Source: Bordetella parapertussis
GTDB lineage: Bacteria > Pseudomonadota > Gammaproteobacteria > Burkholderiales > SG8-41
NCBI GenBank assembly: GCA_945864585.1
Contig: CAMBCF010000003.1
Location: 7,443-71,442 of the forward strand
DNA: 64,000 bases
Direction of reading: 5' to 3'
Shown here in pieces: positions 54,019 to 64,000 of this stretch. The notes beneath the pieces are model-generated. The model ran no database searches, was not told the origin of the DNA, and saw nothing but the letters and a program-made list of their open reading frames with translations. Both the position numbers and the translations under genes were made by a program. Numbering within the stretch: position 1 is the stretch's first letter; the number at the start of each line of letters is the position of its first letter.

Positions 54019-54453
54019 ATGACCCAGATCGATTTCTACACCCACGCCGGCAGCAAACTGCATGTCGCGTGCCGGCTCGCCACGAAAGCGTATGCACAAG
54101 GCCTGCGTGTCGCGGTGCTGTGTCCCGACGCCGCAACCGCGCAATCCTTTGACCGCATGCTGTGGGCCGCGTCGCCACTGGCGTTTGTGCCGCATTGCAG
54201 TGCCGCTCACCCGCTCGCCGCGCGCACGCCCATCGTCGTCGATCACGAAGGTATCGAGCCTGCGCATGACCAGGTACTGTTGAATATGCGTGCCGAATGG
54301 CCGCCGCTGTTCAGCCGTTTTCAGCGCTTGATTGAAATCGTCAGCGCGGACGCCGCCGATAGCGACCGCGCCAGCGCACGTGCACGATTCAAGTTTTACC
54401 GCGATCGCGGCTACCCGATCCGCACCCACGATCTTTCCGGCGCGAAGCCGTAA
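54019..54453 (+). CDS. holC: DNA polymerase III subunit chi
   Basis: [25 protein letters not shown]...; 144 aa; canonical position between pepA and valS. Confidence 0.85.
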   Translation: MTQIDFYTHAGSKLHVACRLATKAYAQGLRVAVLCPDAATAQSFDRMLWAASPLAFVPHCSAAHPLAARTPIVVDHEGIEPAHDQVLLNMRAEWPPLFSRFQRLIEIVSADAADSDRASARARFKFYRDRGYPIRTHDLSGAKP

Positions 54454-54461
54454 CCCGTCCT

Positions 54462-55001
54462 ATGGCCAAGGGCGAGGATCAGGACAAAGGTGACGAAATA
54501 CTCGCGCGTGCCGACGCGCTGATCGGGCGTCACAAGCGCCCGCCACCACCGCTTGCCACCGTTCCACTGCCCGCTGCCGAGCTGGCGCTGTCAGACGATG
54601 ATGGCATCCCCTTGTTGACAGACGTGGCGCTGCCCGTTCCCGCACCCCTGCGCGCCGCCATCGCGCCCGCTGCGGGAGTGATTTCGCGGGTGCAAAACCA
54701 GAACATGCAGCACACCGCTTATTTGCGCGTGATGTCGCAAGTCGATGATCGCATCACCAACGTGGTGCGTCAGCGCGTGCTGCCCGAAATCGGTTCCGCG
54801 CTGGAGCAAGCACTGACGCGCATCACCGATGATCTGAAAGCCGGTATCGGTGACATGGTGCGCAGTTCCGTGGAAGACGCCCTGCGCACGCACCTCGGCT
54901 CGCAACTGAGCGCACAATTGAATGCATTGCCCAAACCCGAAGGCGCCGCACGCGACGCCTCAATGGGGCCTCCCCCAACATCACCTTCCCCCGGCAAACC
55001 C
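54462..55001 (+). other. 180 coding-like codons in frame with valS and with no intervening stop (N-terminal extension or a fused small gene)
   Basis: Continuous ORF 54462..57824; high third-position GC; the canonical ValS N-terminus ([17 protein letters not shown]) begins at 55002. Confidence 0.5.
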
Positions 55002-57824
55002 ATGGAACTCGCCAAGAGTTTTGAACCGGCTGCGATCGAAGCGCGCTGGTATCCCGAATGGGAAAAAAGCGGTTACTTCAATGCCGGCGCAGACGCCGCA
55101 AAGCGCGGGAACTATTGCATACTGCTGCCGCCGCCCAATGTCACCGGCACGCTGCACATGGGCCACGCCTTCCAGCACACGCTGATGGATGCGTTAACGC
55201 GTTACCAGCGCATGCGCGGGAACAACACGCTGTGGCAACCTGGCACCGACCATGCCGGCATCGCCACGCAAATCGTGGTGGAACGTCAGCTGGAAGCGCA
55301 AAACATTTCACGCCACGATCTTGGCCGTGACTCGTTCGTCGAGCGCGTGTGGCAATGGAAAGAGGCGTCCGGCTCCACCATCACGCGCCAGATGCGCCGG
55401 CTCGGCAGTTCCTGTGACTGGACGCGCGAACGCTTCACCATGGACGAAGGTCTGTCGCGCACCGTCACTGAAACCTTCGTGCGCTTGCACCAACAAGGCT
55501 TGATCTACCGCGGTAAACGGCTGGTCAACTGGGATCCGGTGCTGCAAAGCGCAGTGTCGGACCTGGAAGTGGAAGCGGTTGAGGAAGACGGCAAGCTGTG
55601 GCACATCCGCTACCCCATTGTTTCATCTGCTTCGGGCAAGAAAGGCTATCTGGTCGTCGCCACCACCCGTCCTGAAACGATGCTCGGCGACGTCGCCGTG
55701 GCGGTGCATCCTGACGACGAGCGCTACACCGCACTGATCGGTCACAATGTCGTGCTGCCGCTGTGCGGGCGCCAAATTCCTGTGATTGCCGATGACTTTG
55801 TCGATGCCGCCTTCGGCACCGGTTGCGTGAAAATTACCCCGGCGCACGATTTCAACGACTATCAGACCGGCCTGCGTCACCAGCTTGAACCGATCAGCAT
55901 TCTGACGCTCGACGCAAAAATCAACGACAACGCGCCGCAGGCGTATCGTGGTCTTGACCGGTTTGCAGCGCGCGAGCGCGTGCTTGCCGACCTGCAAGCG
56001 CAGGGTTTGCTGGATAAAACCAGCCCGCACAGACTGATGGTGCCGCGCTGCGGACGCACCGATGCAATCGTCGAGCCCATGCTCACCGATCAGTGGTTCA
56101 TCAAAATGGAATCGCTGGCGCAACGCGGGCTGGATGCCGTTGCGCTGGGCCAGCTCAAATTCGTACCCGAAAACTGGACCACTACCTATAATCAATGGCT
56201 CACCAACATTCAGGATTGGTGTATTTCGCGCCAGTTGTGGTGGGGCCATCGCATCCCTGCCTGGTACGACGCCGAAGGTAACATCTACGTCGCGCGCAGC
56301 CAGGCCGAAGCCATCGCGCAGTACGACGAAAAATTGCCCGAGCGGCTCGAGGCCGGAGAAAAAGTAGCGCTCGCGGCGCTGCGTCAGGATGAAGATGTGC
56401 TCGATACCTGGTACTCCTCGGCGTTATGGCCGTTCTCCACGCTCGACTGGACGCCGGACTATCCGGCGAAATCTAATCCCGCACTGGATCGTTATCTGCC
56501 CTCTTCGGTGCTGGTGACCGGCTTTGACATCATCTTTTTCTGGGTAGCGCGCATGGTGATGATGACACTGCACTTCACCGACAAAGTGCCCTTCCACGAG
56601 GTGTATGTGCATGGCCTGATCCGCGATGCGGAAGGCCAGAAAATGTCAAAATCCAAAGGCAACGTGCTCGACCCGCTGGACATAGTGGATGGCATCACGC
56701 TTGAAGCACTGCTCGCCAAGCGCACGACAAACCTGATCGATCCGCGTCAGGCGGAAAAAATCGCCGCTGCCACCCGGAAGCACTTCCCCGATGGCATCAA
56801 CGCATTCGGCGCCGATGCATTGCGCTTTACTTTCGCCAGCCTCGCCGCGCCCGGCCGTGACATCAAGTTCGATCTCCAGCGCTGCGACGGTTACCGCAAT
56901 TTCTGCAATAAATTATGGAATGCGGCGCGTTTTGTGCTGATGAACTGCGATGGCAAGGATGTGGGCCTGGACGACACCGCGCCGCTGGCGTATTCCAGCG
57001 CCGATAAATGGATTATCAGCCGCCTGCAGCGCGCGGAAGCCGAGGCGGCAAAGGCCTTCGGCGAATACCGTTTCGACAATCTCGCGCGCGCCATCTATAC
57101 GCTGTTGTGGGACGAATACTGTGACTGGTACGTGGAATTCGCCAAAGTTCAGCTGAACACCACAAGCGCCGACGGCCAGCAGCGCGCCACACGCCGCACG
57201 CTGGTGCGGGTACTGGAATCGACGCTGCGGCTGGCGCATCCGGTGATGCCGTTTATCACCGAAGAACTGTGGCAAATCGTCGCGCCCCTAGCCAATAAAT
57301 CCGGGCCGTCGATCATGCTGCAGGCGTATCCGGATGCCGATGCCGCGCGCATCGACGAGGCTGCGGAGCGCGATATCGACAGCCTCAAGCAACTGATCAA
57401 CGCCTGCCGCACCTTGCGCAGCGAAATGAATTTGCAGCCGGGGCAGAAAGTACCGCTGATTGCGCAAGGTGATGCCGCCCAACTCGCGACTTACGCGCCG
57501 TACATGGCCGCGATCGCGCGGCTGAGCGAGGTGCGGATCGTGGATGCATTGCCGGCAGCCGACGCACCGGTGTCGATCGTCGGCGCATTCAAGCTGATGC
57601 TAAAAGTCGACATCGATAAAGCGGCGGAAAAGCAGCGTTACAGCAAAGAACAAGCGCGGATTTCGGGCGAGATCGGAAAGTCCAGGGCCAAACTGTCGAA
57701 CTCAAACTTCGTCGAGCGCGCGTCGCCCACTGTGGTTGTGCAGGAGCGTGAACGCCTCGCCAAAAACGAGGCTGCGCTGGCGGAAATAGACGCACAACTG
57801 GCCAAGCTTGCGTCAGACACCTAG
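55002..57824 (+). CDS. valS: Valine--tRNA ligase
   Basis: [13 protein letters not shown] (HIGH) and KMSKSKGN (KMSKS) motifs, C-terminal coiled coil; 940 aa from the ATG at 55002. Confidence 0.95.
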   Translation: MELAKSFEPAAIEARWYPEWEKSGYFNAGADAAKRGNYCILLPPPNVTGTLHMGHAFQHTLMDALTRYQRMRGNNTLWQPGTDHAGIATQIVVERQLEAQNISRHDLGRDSFVERVWQWKEASGSTITRQMRRLGSSCDWTRERFTMDEGLSRTVTETFVRLHQQGLIYRGKRLVNWDPVLQSAVSDLEVEAVEEDGKLWHIRYPIVSSASGKKGYLVVATTRPETMLGDVAVAVHPDDERYTALIGHNVVLPLCGRQIPVIADDFVDAAFGTGCVKITPAHDFNDYQTGLRHQLEPISILTLDAKINDNAPQAYRGLDRFAARERVLADLQAQGLLDKTSPHRLMVPRCGRTDAIVEPMLTDQWFIKMESLAQRGLDAVALGQLKFVPENWTTTYNQWLTNIQDWCISRQLWWGHRIPAWYDAEGNIYVARSQAEAIAQYDEKLPERLEAGEKVALAALRQDEDVLDTWYSSALWPFSTLDWTPDYPAKSNPALDRYLPSSVLVTGFDIIFFWVARMVMMTLHFTDKVPFHEVYVHGLIRDAEGQKMSKSKGNVLDPLDIVDGITLEALLAKRTTNLIDPRQAEKIAAATRKHFPDGINAFGADALRFTFASLAAPGRDIKFDLQRCDGYRNFCNKLWNAARFVLMNCDGKDVGLDDTAPLAYSSADKWIISRLQRAEAEAAKAFGEYRFDNLARAIYTLLWDEYCDWYVEFAKVQLNTTSADGQQRATRRTLVRVLESTLRLAHPVMPFITEELWQIVAPLANKSGPSIMLQAYPDADAARIDEAAERDIDSLKQLINACRTLRSEMNLQPGQKVPLIAQGDAAQLATYAPYMAAIARLSEVRIVDALPAADAPVSIVGAFKLMLKVDIDKAAEKQRYSKEQARISGEIGKSRAKLSNSNFVERASPTVVVQERERLAKNEAALAEIDAQLAKLASDT

Positions 57825-58373
57825 ATGTAAGCGATTGTTTTGTCCGCCGAGCAATTCCGCCACAGCGCTCACGTCACGGCAGCCGATGGCGTAAATCTCG
57901 TCACGGCTGTGGCGCCCGGTGCCCTGCCCGTGCAACTGGCGGCGCAGGCCGCGCCGCGCGAAAACTGGTACCAGTTGCCGTAGCGGAAATTTAAGCCCCG
58001 AGAATGCCGCGTCATTGACCTTGGCGTATCCCGCATCTTCGATCCAGCGCGAGTACAACACCGGCCAGTACAGGCTTTCCTCAAACGTGCGCTGTATCAC
58101 CACGCCGAGCCCGCGGCTCCGCGGTGTAAGCATTGCGTCGAGCGGGTCGCCGTAGGTTGCCTTCAGATAATCGATGATGAACGTCGAGTCGGCAACAATC
58201 TTGCCGTTGTCCTCAATGTACGGCAACTTGCCCTTGGGCGATTTGAACAGGTCTGCTCCGCGCGGGCATTCATAGGGCAGCCCCGCCATGCGCAAATAAG
58301 TTTCCACTTTCATGCAAAACGGGCTCATGTTGGGCAAGCCAAACGCGAGCGCGAACTGATACAGTTTTATCAT
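57813..58373 (-). CDS. Glutathione S-transferase family protein (metaxin/FAXC-like N-terminus), probably C-terminally shortened
   Basis: MIKLYQF...[20 protein letters not shown]...[10 protein letters not shown]; 186 aa; 3' end overlaps the valS 3' end by 12 nt. Confidence 0.65.
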   Translation of the reverse strand: MIKLYQFALAFGLPNMSPFCMKVETYLRMAGLPYECPRGADLFKSPKGKLPYIEDNGKIVADSTFIIDYLKATYGDPLDAMLTPRSRGLGVVIQRTFEESLYWPVLYSRWIEDAGYAKVNDAAFSGLKFPLRQLVPVFARRGLRRQLHGQGTGRHSRDEIYAIGCRDVSAVAELLGGQNNRLHLGV

Positions 58374-58495
58374 GGCAGTATATAGATCAAAGAAACTCCT
58401 TCAGGGGCAAGGGCACACTTGAAGCGGAGCAGAAGGGACGGTCCGCAGGGTATATACAGCCCCCTGCCCAGACATCAGTTTGAATCGCACCCGTG

Positions 58496-58525
58496 ACACC
58501 CCTCCTCGTGAGGGGTGTTTTTTTT
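58496..58525 (+). terminator. Intrinsic terminator (9-bp GC-rich stem, 8 T) 13 nt upstream of the next start codon; attenuator-like
   Basis: ACACCCCTC-CTCGT-GAGGGGTGT TTTTTTT; no plus-strand gene in the preceding 670 nt. Confidence 0.65.
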
Positions 58526-58537
58526 GGGGGTAGAATC

Positions 58538-60208
58538 ATGTTTCGAACCAGTACGCCACAGACGACAGAACAATCAATGACGCAAAAATATTCACAGACT
58601 TGGATCCCGCTGCTGTTGCTGGTGCTGGCGATTACCGCACTGTATGGACAATTCCTTTGGAACCCGATTGTGTTTGATGATCTGTATTTTTTCATGGTGG
58701 ATAACGAAGGCAATCAGCCCGTCTCCAATTATCACTTTGCATTGCTTGAATTGCGTTCGCTGCCCTATGCCACGCTGGCCTGGACCAAAGATTGGTTCGG
58801 TCTGGACTTGATAGGTTTCCGGATGGGAAACTTGGTGCTTCATGCGGCAGTGGTGCTGGCATTGTTTTTTTCCCTGGCAGCCTTGTTTGCGGCGGTGTAC
58901 GGCGAACACGGCAAGAATGAACTGAGCCCGCGCCGCGCCGCTTTTTTTGCCGCGCTATTGTTTGCACTGCACCCAGTGGCTACTTATGCGGCGGGATATC
59001 TGGTGCAGCGCACCATCATCATGGCTACGCTGTTTTGTCTGCTGGCCATGTTGACTTATGTGCATGGCAGCGTCCGGCAAAAGCCGTTATGGCTGTGGAT
59101 GAGCGTGCCTTTTTATTATCTGGCGGCATTCTCCAAGGAGCACGCCATCATGTTGCCGGCCGTGCTGCTCGCATTGACCATATTGTTGCATGATGATTGG
59201 CGGACCAGGCTTAAACAGCGATGGGCAATCTTTGCCGCGTTGCTTGCAATTGCTGTGTTTGTAATAATGCTAAGAGGGTTTCTGGGTTCGGCGTATGAAC
59301 TCAATGCGCCGGAAATGTTGCGCGAAACTGCTAATGAATTAGCATACCCGCTGAGTGTGATTACGCAGTCCTGGCTGTTTTTCAAATATGTGCTGTTGTG
59401 GCTTTTCCCTAACCCTGCATGGATGTCTATCGACATGCGCGAGCCATTCGCGCGGTCGCTGCTTTCCCCCTTTCTGCTGGCATTTTGCGGTTTTGTTGTG
59501 TGGGGTGTGGGCGCATTCTGGCTGCTGCTGAAACGAGGGAGGCTTGGTTTGGCCGGATTTGCCATGTTGTTTCCGTGGCTCATGTTTTTTACCGAGTTTG
59601 CTGCCGTGCGTATTCAAGAGCCGTTTGTGTTGTACCGCAGTTATCTGTGGGCTGTGGGGGCATTTTGTTTGTTGCCAGCGTTATTTTTCAGGGCTGAAGC
59701 GCGCATCGCCATGGTAGTACTGGGGGCAATTGCACTGGCGATGTTGCCGGTCTCGATGGAACGCCTGGCGACGTTTTCTCATCCGGTGGTATTGTGGGAT
59801 GATGCGGAAAAGCTGGTCAAGGGACGTGCAGATTTGCCCGGGGCATACCGGATTTATTACAATCGGGGAACTGAACTGATCAAGATTGACAAACCGGATC
59901 AAGCCATAGCCGATCTGAAACAGGCCATAGCACTGAGCAGGGATTTTGCGGAGGGGTATGGCAACCTTGGCGCAGCCTATTTCAAAAATGAGGATTGGCA
60001 GAACGCGGTTACGTCGTTCAGCAAGGCTATCGAAATTGCCCAAAGCGCGGGAAAATCCTTAATTCCCCGCTATGTTTATGGTCGCGGAACGGCGTATGAA
60101 AAAATGGGCGAGATGGAGAAGGCTCAGGCCGACTACAAGGTGAGTTGCCAACTGGACAGCAGGACATGCGATAAAACGAGACCGGCGCCCAGCACGATAT
60201 TGCCATAG
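58538..60208 (+). CDS. Multi-pass membrane protein (GT-C / PMT-TMTC-like N-terminal region) with C-terminal TPR repeats
   Basis: ATG at 58538 after GGGGG; about 10 TM segments with FDD in the first loop; C-terminal TPR-like repeats (YYNRGTELIKIDKPDQAIADLKQAIAL, YGNLGAAYFKNEDWQNAVTSFSKAIEI). Confidence 0.7.
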   Translation: MFRTSTPQTTEQSMTQKYSQTWIPLLLLVLAITALYGQFLWNPIVFDDLYFFMVDNEGNQPVSNYHFALLELRSLPYATLAWTKDWFGLDLIGFRMGNLVLHAAVVLALFFSLAALFAAVYGEHGKNELSPRRAAFFAALLFALHPVATYAAGYLVQRTIIMATLFCLLAMLTYVHGSVRQKPLWLWMSVPFYYLAAFSKEHAIMLPAVLLALTILLHDDWRTRLKQRWAIFAALLAIAVFVIMLRGFLGSAYELNAPEMLRETANELAYPLSVITQSWLFFKYVLLWLFPNPAWMSIDMREPFARSLLSPFLLAFCGFVVWGVGAFWLLLKRGRLGLAGFAMLFPWLMFFTEFAAVRIQEPFVLYRSYLWAVGAFCLLPALFFRAEARIAMVVLGAIALAMLPVSMERLATFSHPVVLWDDAEKLVKGRADLPGAYRIYYNRGTELIKIDKPDQAIADLKQAIALSRDFAEGYGNLGAAYFKNEDWQNAVTSFSKAIEIAQSAGKSLIPRYVYGRGTAYEKMGEMEKAQADYKVSCQLDSRTCDKTRPAPSTILP

Positions 60209-60389
60209 CAGAAATGAGGGCTATGCTGTATAGCGTGTAGCTTGGCGCGCACCAGATGGAAGCTGAGGCTGTCAGCAACCAGGCGATACGGTGGTTGCTG
60301 TACGCGGCCGGCGATGTCGGCGATCAGGCGTGGCGCTTCCTCGTATACCACGCTAGACTAGGCGCGTTGACACGTTGCAGGAGAATTCA

Positions 60390-61001
60390 ATGGAAGCCCT
60401 GGCCTCATTGGCAACCGCTGCCGGACTCGGCTGGGCCAGCGGCGTGCGCCTCTACGCTGTGGTGTTTTTTCTGGGCATGCTGCAATTTTTCGGCATCTAC
60501 ACCCTGCCCGCCGATTTACACACCCTCGGCAATCCGTGGGTAATGGGCGCTTCGGGCTTCATGTTTTTGGTGGAGTTCCTCGCCGATAAAATTCCCGGCT
60601 TTGATTCGGTGTGGGACGCCGCGCACACTTTTATTCGCATTCCCGCGGGCGCGCTGCTCGCCGCGGCAGCGGTGGCGGGGGGCGATGCCGGCCTCGGCGT
60701 GGCCGCGGCGATATTGGGCGGCGCGGTTGCCGCCGGCAGTCACGTCACCAAAGCCAGCACGCGCGCACTGATCAACACCTCGCCCGAACCCATGAGCAAC
60801 TGGACAGCATCGTTCAGCGAAGACGCGCTCTCACTAGGCGCAGTGTGGATGGCGCTTGTCTATCCGCTGGTATTGCTTGCGTTTCTGGTGGTATTTTTCA
60901 TACTCGCGATCTGGCTGCTGCCAAAAATCTGGCGCGGCTTGAAACGCGTGCTGGCGTCGATCCGGCTGTTAATGGGCAACCCGGCATCGGAACGTCATTA
61001 G
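60390..61001 (+). CDS. DUF4126-like integral membrane protein
   Basis: ATG at 60390 after AGGAGA; FLADKIPGFDSVWD motif. Confidence 0.65.
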   Translation: MEALASLATAAGLGWASGVRLYAVVFFLGMLQFFGIYTLPADLHTLGNPWVMGASGFMFLVEFLADKIPGFDSVWDAAHTFIRIPAGALLAAAAVAGGDAGLGVAAAILGGAVAAGSHVTKASTRALINTSPEPMSNWTASFSEDALSLGAVWMALVYPLVLLAFLVVFFILAIWLLPKIWRGLKRVLASIRLLMGNPASERH

Positions 61002-61004
61002 CGC

Positions 61005-61679
61005 TCAGTAGCGCACGTCGCTGAACGGCACTTTACGCCCCACCAGACTTTCCAGCATGATCAGCTCCGCGTCCCGGTGGTTCACCATCGGCGCCGGTTC
61101 AATCAACGGGCCTTTGCTGGATTTGTCGGCCGACGCGAAAATATAGCGCGGCGCATCATGATAGGTAGTGGTTACCGTCACCACTTGCCGCGGATCCGCC
61201 AGCGGATTCAGTTCTGCCGAGCCGTAGCAGGTGCAGGCGTAGGTGCAATCGGGAATCACCTCGATGTAAAGGCCGGTGCCGCGGATGCCTATGGTTGCGG
61301 TGCGGGTAACGAGCTGCACGCGGTTGCCGCGCACAAACACCGATAACACTTTGCCCGCCAGCACGCGCATCGTGCCTTTGGCCACTGCGCTGCCCTCGCC
61401 GCCAAACTCAACTTTGGTGCCGGCACGCACCAGAAACGCATCCCGATCCATCACCACCACGGTATTGCCACGCCCGGTCTCCACCACATCGCCGGGTTTG
61501 ACCGCCGCGCCGACTTGCGTGGCCTTGCCGTTGACGCGCACATCGCCGTTGACGCGGCTCACCCCGGATTTGATTTCGCCTTGCGCCAACGCTTCACGCA
61601 GATAGCCCATGCCGGCAGCCAGCGCCGCGCTGCTGCCTGCGATACGCGCCAGCCATGCGCGTCTGGATATCAGTAACAT
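61005..61679 (-). CDS. FecR-domain protein with a Tat-like signal
   Basis: ATG at 61679 after GAGGAG; SRRAWLARIAGSSAALAAG; GDVRVNG....GDVVETG FecR-type beta region. Confidence 0.65.
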   Translation of the reverse strand: MLLISRRAWLARIAGSSAALAAGMGYLREALAQGEIKSGVSRVNGDVRVNGKATQVGAAVKPGDVVETGRGNTVVVMDRDAFLVRAGTKVEFGGEGSAVAKGTMRVLAGKVLSVFVRGNRVQLVTRTATIGIRGTGLYIEVIPDCTYACTCYGSAELNPLADPRQVVTVTTTYHDAPRYIFASADKSSKGPLIEPAPMVNHRDAELIMLESLVGRKVPFSDVRY

Positions 61680-61767
61680 GACTCCTCGGTTAGGTGAATT
61701 ATTCGGTTGATTTGACAACAAACCGTTACTCAGATTCGCCCGCATAATACGCAACGCGTGTCATCCA

Positions 61768-62199
61768 TCAGAGACCAGGCCTAAAAATCATCAACGCATA
61801 AAGCGCCAGCACCATCACAAATGCCGCTACACTCAGCGCCACCCACCAGCGAAACGCCTGCTTGAATTCTGGCCCCAAAGCGGCATGACTGGCGACCTCG
61901 CGCGCCAGACGTGCCATGCGGTATTGCAACACGACTACCGGCAGCCGGCAGGCGCCAACGGCGACATACAGCACCGCCGTCGCGATGACCCAATGCGACG
62001 TGAACGACCAGCCGCGCTCGATCATCATCCACACGCCAGTGACCGGCTCCACCACTACGGCGGTAGCGGTGAAGATCCAGTCGGCGCGTATCACATAGTG
62101 CGCCACCACGCGCAGTGCTTCGATATTACGCGAAAGATGCGCGGTGAACAAAAAATAGGCAATGCCCACGCCCGTGCCCAGCAACACCGCGGCGCTCAA
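61768..62199 (-). CDS. DUF2269-like integral membrane protein
   Basis: 143 aa, four TM segments. Confidence 0.55.
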   Translation of the reverse strand: MSAAVLLGTGVGIAYFLFTAHLSRNIEALRVVAHYVIRADWIFTATAVVVEPVTGVWMMIERGWSFTSHWVIATAVLYVAVGACRLPVVVLQYRMARLAREVASHAALGPEFKQAFRWWVALSVAAFVMVLALYALMIFRPGL

Positions 62200-62231
62200 G
62201 AGATGAATTTACTTCAGGATGAGATAGCTGG

Positions 62232-63335
62232 TCATTTAAAGTACGTGCTCCACGAAATATCGAGTTGCGCCACCGCCTCGGCGAATTCAGCCAGAGTCAT
62301 CAGGCCCATGCACGGCATCGCGCCGCGCGCAGCGAGTGTACCTGCCGCGAGTTTACGCGCGAGTACTATCGCAGGGATGCACGGAATCTCCGGGCCGTGG
62401 CCGCGCCGTGCCACCAAATGCCAATCGACTCGCGCGGGCCTCCCCGCGTGGTCCGTACCGCTCAGGCCCACGTGCATGCCGCCGGTAGCGCTGCCCATCC
62501 AGTCGAAATGCCGGCCCCACGTCTGCATCAAGCTCGCGTAGCGGCTGGCGTTGTCCACGATTTTCAGCCGCACCAACGCCGCCAGCAACCACAAGGCGTA
62601 CTGCGCCAGCGCGAGTTCGAGCGCCGCATCAAACCGCACGCGCTGCACGCCCGCATAGCGCGCCGGAAATAGCTGGAGATCAGGCACATCACAACGCGCG
62701 AGCCGGCGGCCGCCCAAATCAGGATAGTGGAAGCTATGCGTGTCCTGCCAGCCATGCACTGTCCGCCAGCGGCCTTGCTCCCACGCGCTGAAGGGCTTTC
62801 CGCAGTACGACAACACTGCTTCCAGCGTGGCGGCGCCGCGCGGCGTTTGCTGCCCTGGCGCGATGCTGATGTCGATACTGTCCAGCCGCGCAAAGTGCCT
62901 GCGATGTTCATCGATCACCGCCGATGACAGCGCCGGCAGCGTACTCGCGCCACTCGCCACCAGCACGCCGGCTGCGCGCGCCACAGCGTCAAGTTCGCCG
63001 ATGCCCGCCACAAACGCGCGACCGTCGGCCAGATCAAGGTAATGCGCGCCCGCCGCTATGCAGGCACGCGCCACATGATAATCCTGCCCTTGAAATGGGC
63101 CGCAGGTATGAACCACAGCATCGGCACGCAGCGCACGCACGCGTTCCGCGAGAGCGCTGGTGCTGCAATCCATCGCAACACCCTGGTGTGCCGCGCCAAG
63201 ATTACGCGCGAATTTTTCGGCTTTGGCGCCATCGCGTCCGGCGACGATCAGCGTCGCGTGATGCATCAGTGCCCTGCACACTCGTCCGCCGAAATGCCCG
63301 TAGCCGCCAAGCACCAGAATGCGGTATGCGGTCAC
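62232..63335 (-). CDS. Saccharopine dehydrogenase-like NAD(P)-binding protein
   Basis: ILVLGGYGHFGGRV Rossmann N-terminus; 367 aa. Confidence 0.7.
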   Translation of the reverse strand: MTAYRILVLGGYGHFGGRVCRALMHHATLIVAGRDGAKAEKFARNLGAAHQGVAMDCSTSALAERVRALRADAVVHTCGPFQGQDYHVARACIAAGAHYLDLADGRAFVAGIGELDAVARAAGVLVASGASTLPALSSAVIDEHRRHFARLDSIDISIAPGQQTPRGAATLEAVLSYCGKPFSAWEQGRWRTVHGWQDTHSFHYPDLGGRRLARCDVPDLQLFPARYAGVQRVRFDAALELALAQYALWLLAALVRLKIVDNASRYASLMQTWGRHFDWMGSATGGMHVGLSGTDHAGRPARVDWHLVARRGHGPEIPCIPAIVLARKLAAGTLAARGAMPCMGLMTLAEFAEAVAQLDISWSTYFK

Positions 63336-63371
63336 ACCTCGCGCGACGCAAACCCGCGATTAGCGGTCAAG

Positions 63372-63608
63372 TTATTTCTTCCGCATGAAGAAAGTGAACA
63401 CCTTGCCGGATTCATCCGCCGCCAGCAAAGCGTTGCCGGTTTGCTTGGCAAATGCCTGAAAATCCCGGGTGGAGCCGGGATCGGTGGCGATAATTTTCAG
63501 CACTTGCCCTGAAGTCATGTCAGTCAACGACTTTTTGGTGCGCAGTATCGGCAGCGGGCAGTTCAGCCCGCTGGCGTCGAGTTCCTTGTCAAACGTTGTG
63601 GACATCAT
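63372..63608 (-). CDS. TusA-like sulfurtransferase
   Basis: LDASGLNCPLPILRTKKSL active-site Cys motif; ATG at 63608 after GGAGA. Confidence 0.8.
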   Translation of the reverse strand: MMSTTFDKELDASGLNCPLPILRTKKSLTDMTSGQVLKIIATDPGSTRDFQAFAKQTGNALLAADESGKVFTFFMRKK

Positions 63609-63834
63609 TTCTCCGTCTGTCGATTCATGAACGCTTAATGATTTAACGCGCGCCTTGATCACCATCAGCGCCGCCGAAATCACCACAACACGGGATTATA
63701 AGCGAGCGCGCAGCGGGTCTTTTCCTGGTAATATAAATCTCTTATAACCATATGATTTTATGGAATATTTTTCTAAAAATACCAGACACTTCTATCTGTT
63801 ACACTAGCTATTTACCACCGTCAACATAGCTACC

Positions 63835-64000
63835 ATGTCCGATCAGCCCGCCGACAATATCGTGCCCCCGTCCGTAAGTTTTTCCGAGGCGTTCTGGTAC
63901 TGGCTGAAGCTTGGGTTCATCAGCTTTGGCGGGCCTGCGGGGCAGATCGCCATCATGCATCAGGATCTGGTCGAGCGTAAGCGCTGGATTTCCGAGCAGC
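63835..64000 (+). CDS. chrA: Chromate transporter ChrA family protein (5' partial, runs off the window)
   Basis: [35 protein letters not shown] is a typical ChrA N-terminus. Confidence 0.8.
   Translation, partial: MSDQPADNIVPPSVSFSEAFWYWLKLGFISFGGPAGQIAIMHQDLVERKRWISEQ

Noticed and set aside
58393-58495. c-di-GMP class I riboswitch upstream of the TPR membrane protein
   Set aside because: CAGGGGCAA and GGGACG are loosely reminiscent of the class, but the conserved ACGCAAAGC segment and the paired-hairpin layout are not present. It is left as an unclassified leader.
60133-60351. 72-aa minus-strand ORF in the gap after the TPR gene
   Set aside because: Half of it overlaps the TPR gene's 3' end. 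It has no RBS and no recognisable motif. It could be a gene remnant, but I cannot support that.

Overview
High-GC (roughly 60-65% by eye) proteobacterial chromosome segment. Gene content and order look betaproteobacterial or Burkholderiales-like: many Bug/TctC solute-binding proteins, and panBC-folK-pcnB, hda, pssA-psd, ilvIHC, an ECF-sigma module, lptFG, pepA-holC-valS. The window has two parts. (1) 1-34.5 kb is an accessory, catabolic-looking region. It holds 5 intact and 2 truncated Bug genes, a periplasmic asparaginase, six alpha/beta-fold or dienelactone hydrolases, an orphan xanthine-dehydrogenase-family Mo subunit with a MoaD/ThiS-like GG protein, an LLM oxidoreductase, a MaoC pair, a DUF35/thiolase-like pair, a family III CoA-transferase, an SMP-30 lactonase-like protein, and a PQQ alcohol dehydrogenase with a c-type cytochrome. 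It also holds two type II TA modules (BrnTA, HicAB), several gene remnants and two MITE-like palindromic elements. (2) 34.5-64 kb is mostly conserved housekeeping genes. I found no rRNA, tRNA, CRISPR array, transposase or integrase. Observations most worth a second look: (a) four stop-codon-proximal intergenic hairpins whose arms are tandem 7-8-nt units, each locus using a different unit; (b) a 180-bp nested-palindrome element inserted at the yaeQ start codon, flanked by a 14-bp duplication that regenerates the ATG and creates a coupled 61-codon upstream ORF; (c) a Cys-free PQQ dehydrogenase with a D-x-D (lanthanide-type) signature, next to the deletion scar of a second copy; (d) a 180-codon coding-like segment fused in frame to valS; (e) a 30-codon mini-gene behind a 14-nt perfect complement of the 16S 3' tail; (f) a terminator-containing leader upstream of a GT-C/TPR membrane protein; (g) a secreted protein whose four-Cys pattern resembles the endostatin / C-type-lectin fold. 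All family calls come from motif recognition by eye. No database search was run.
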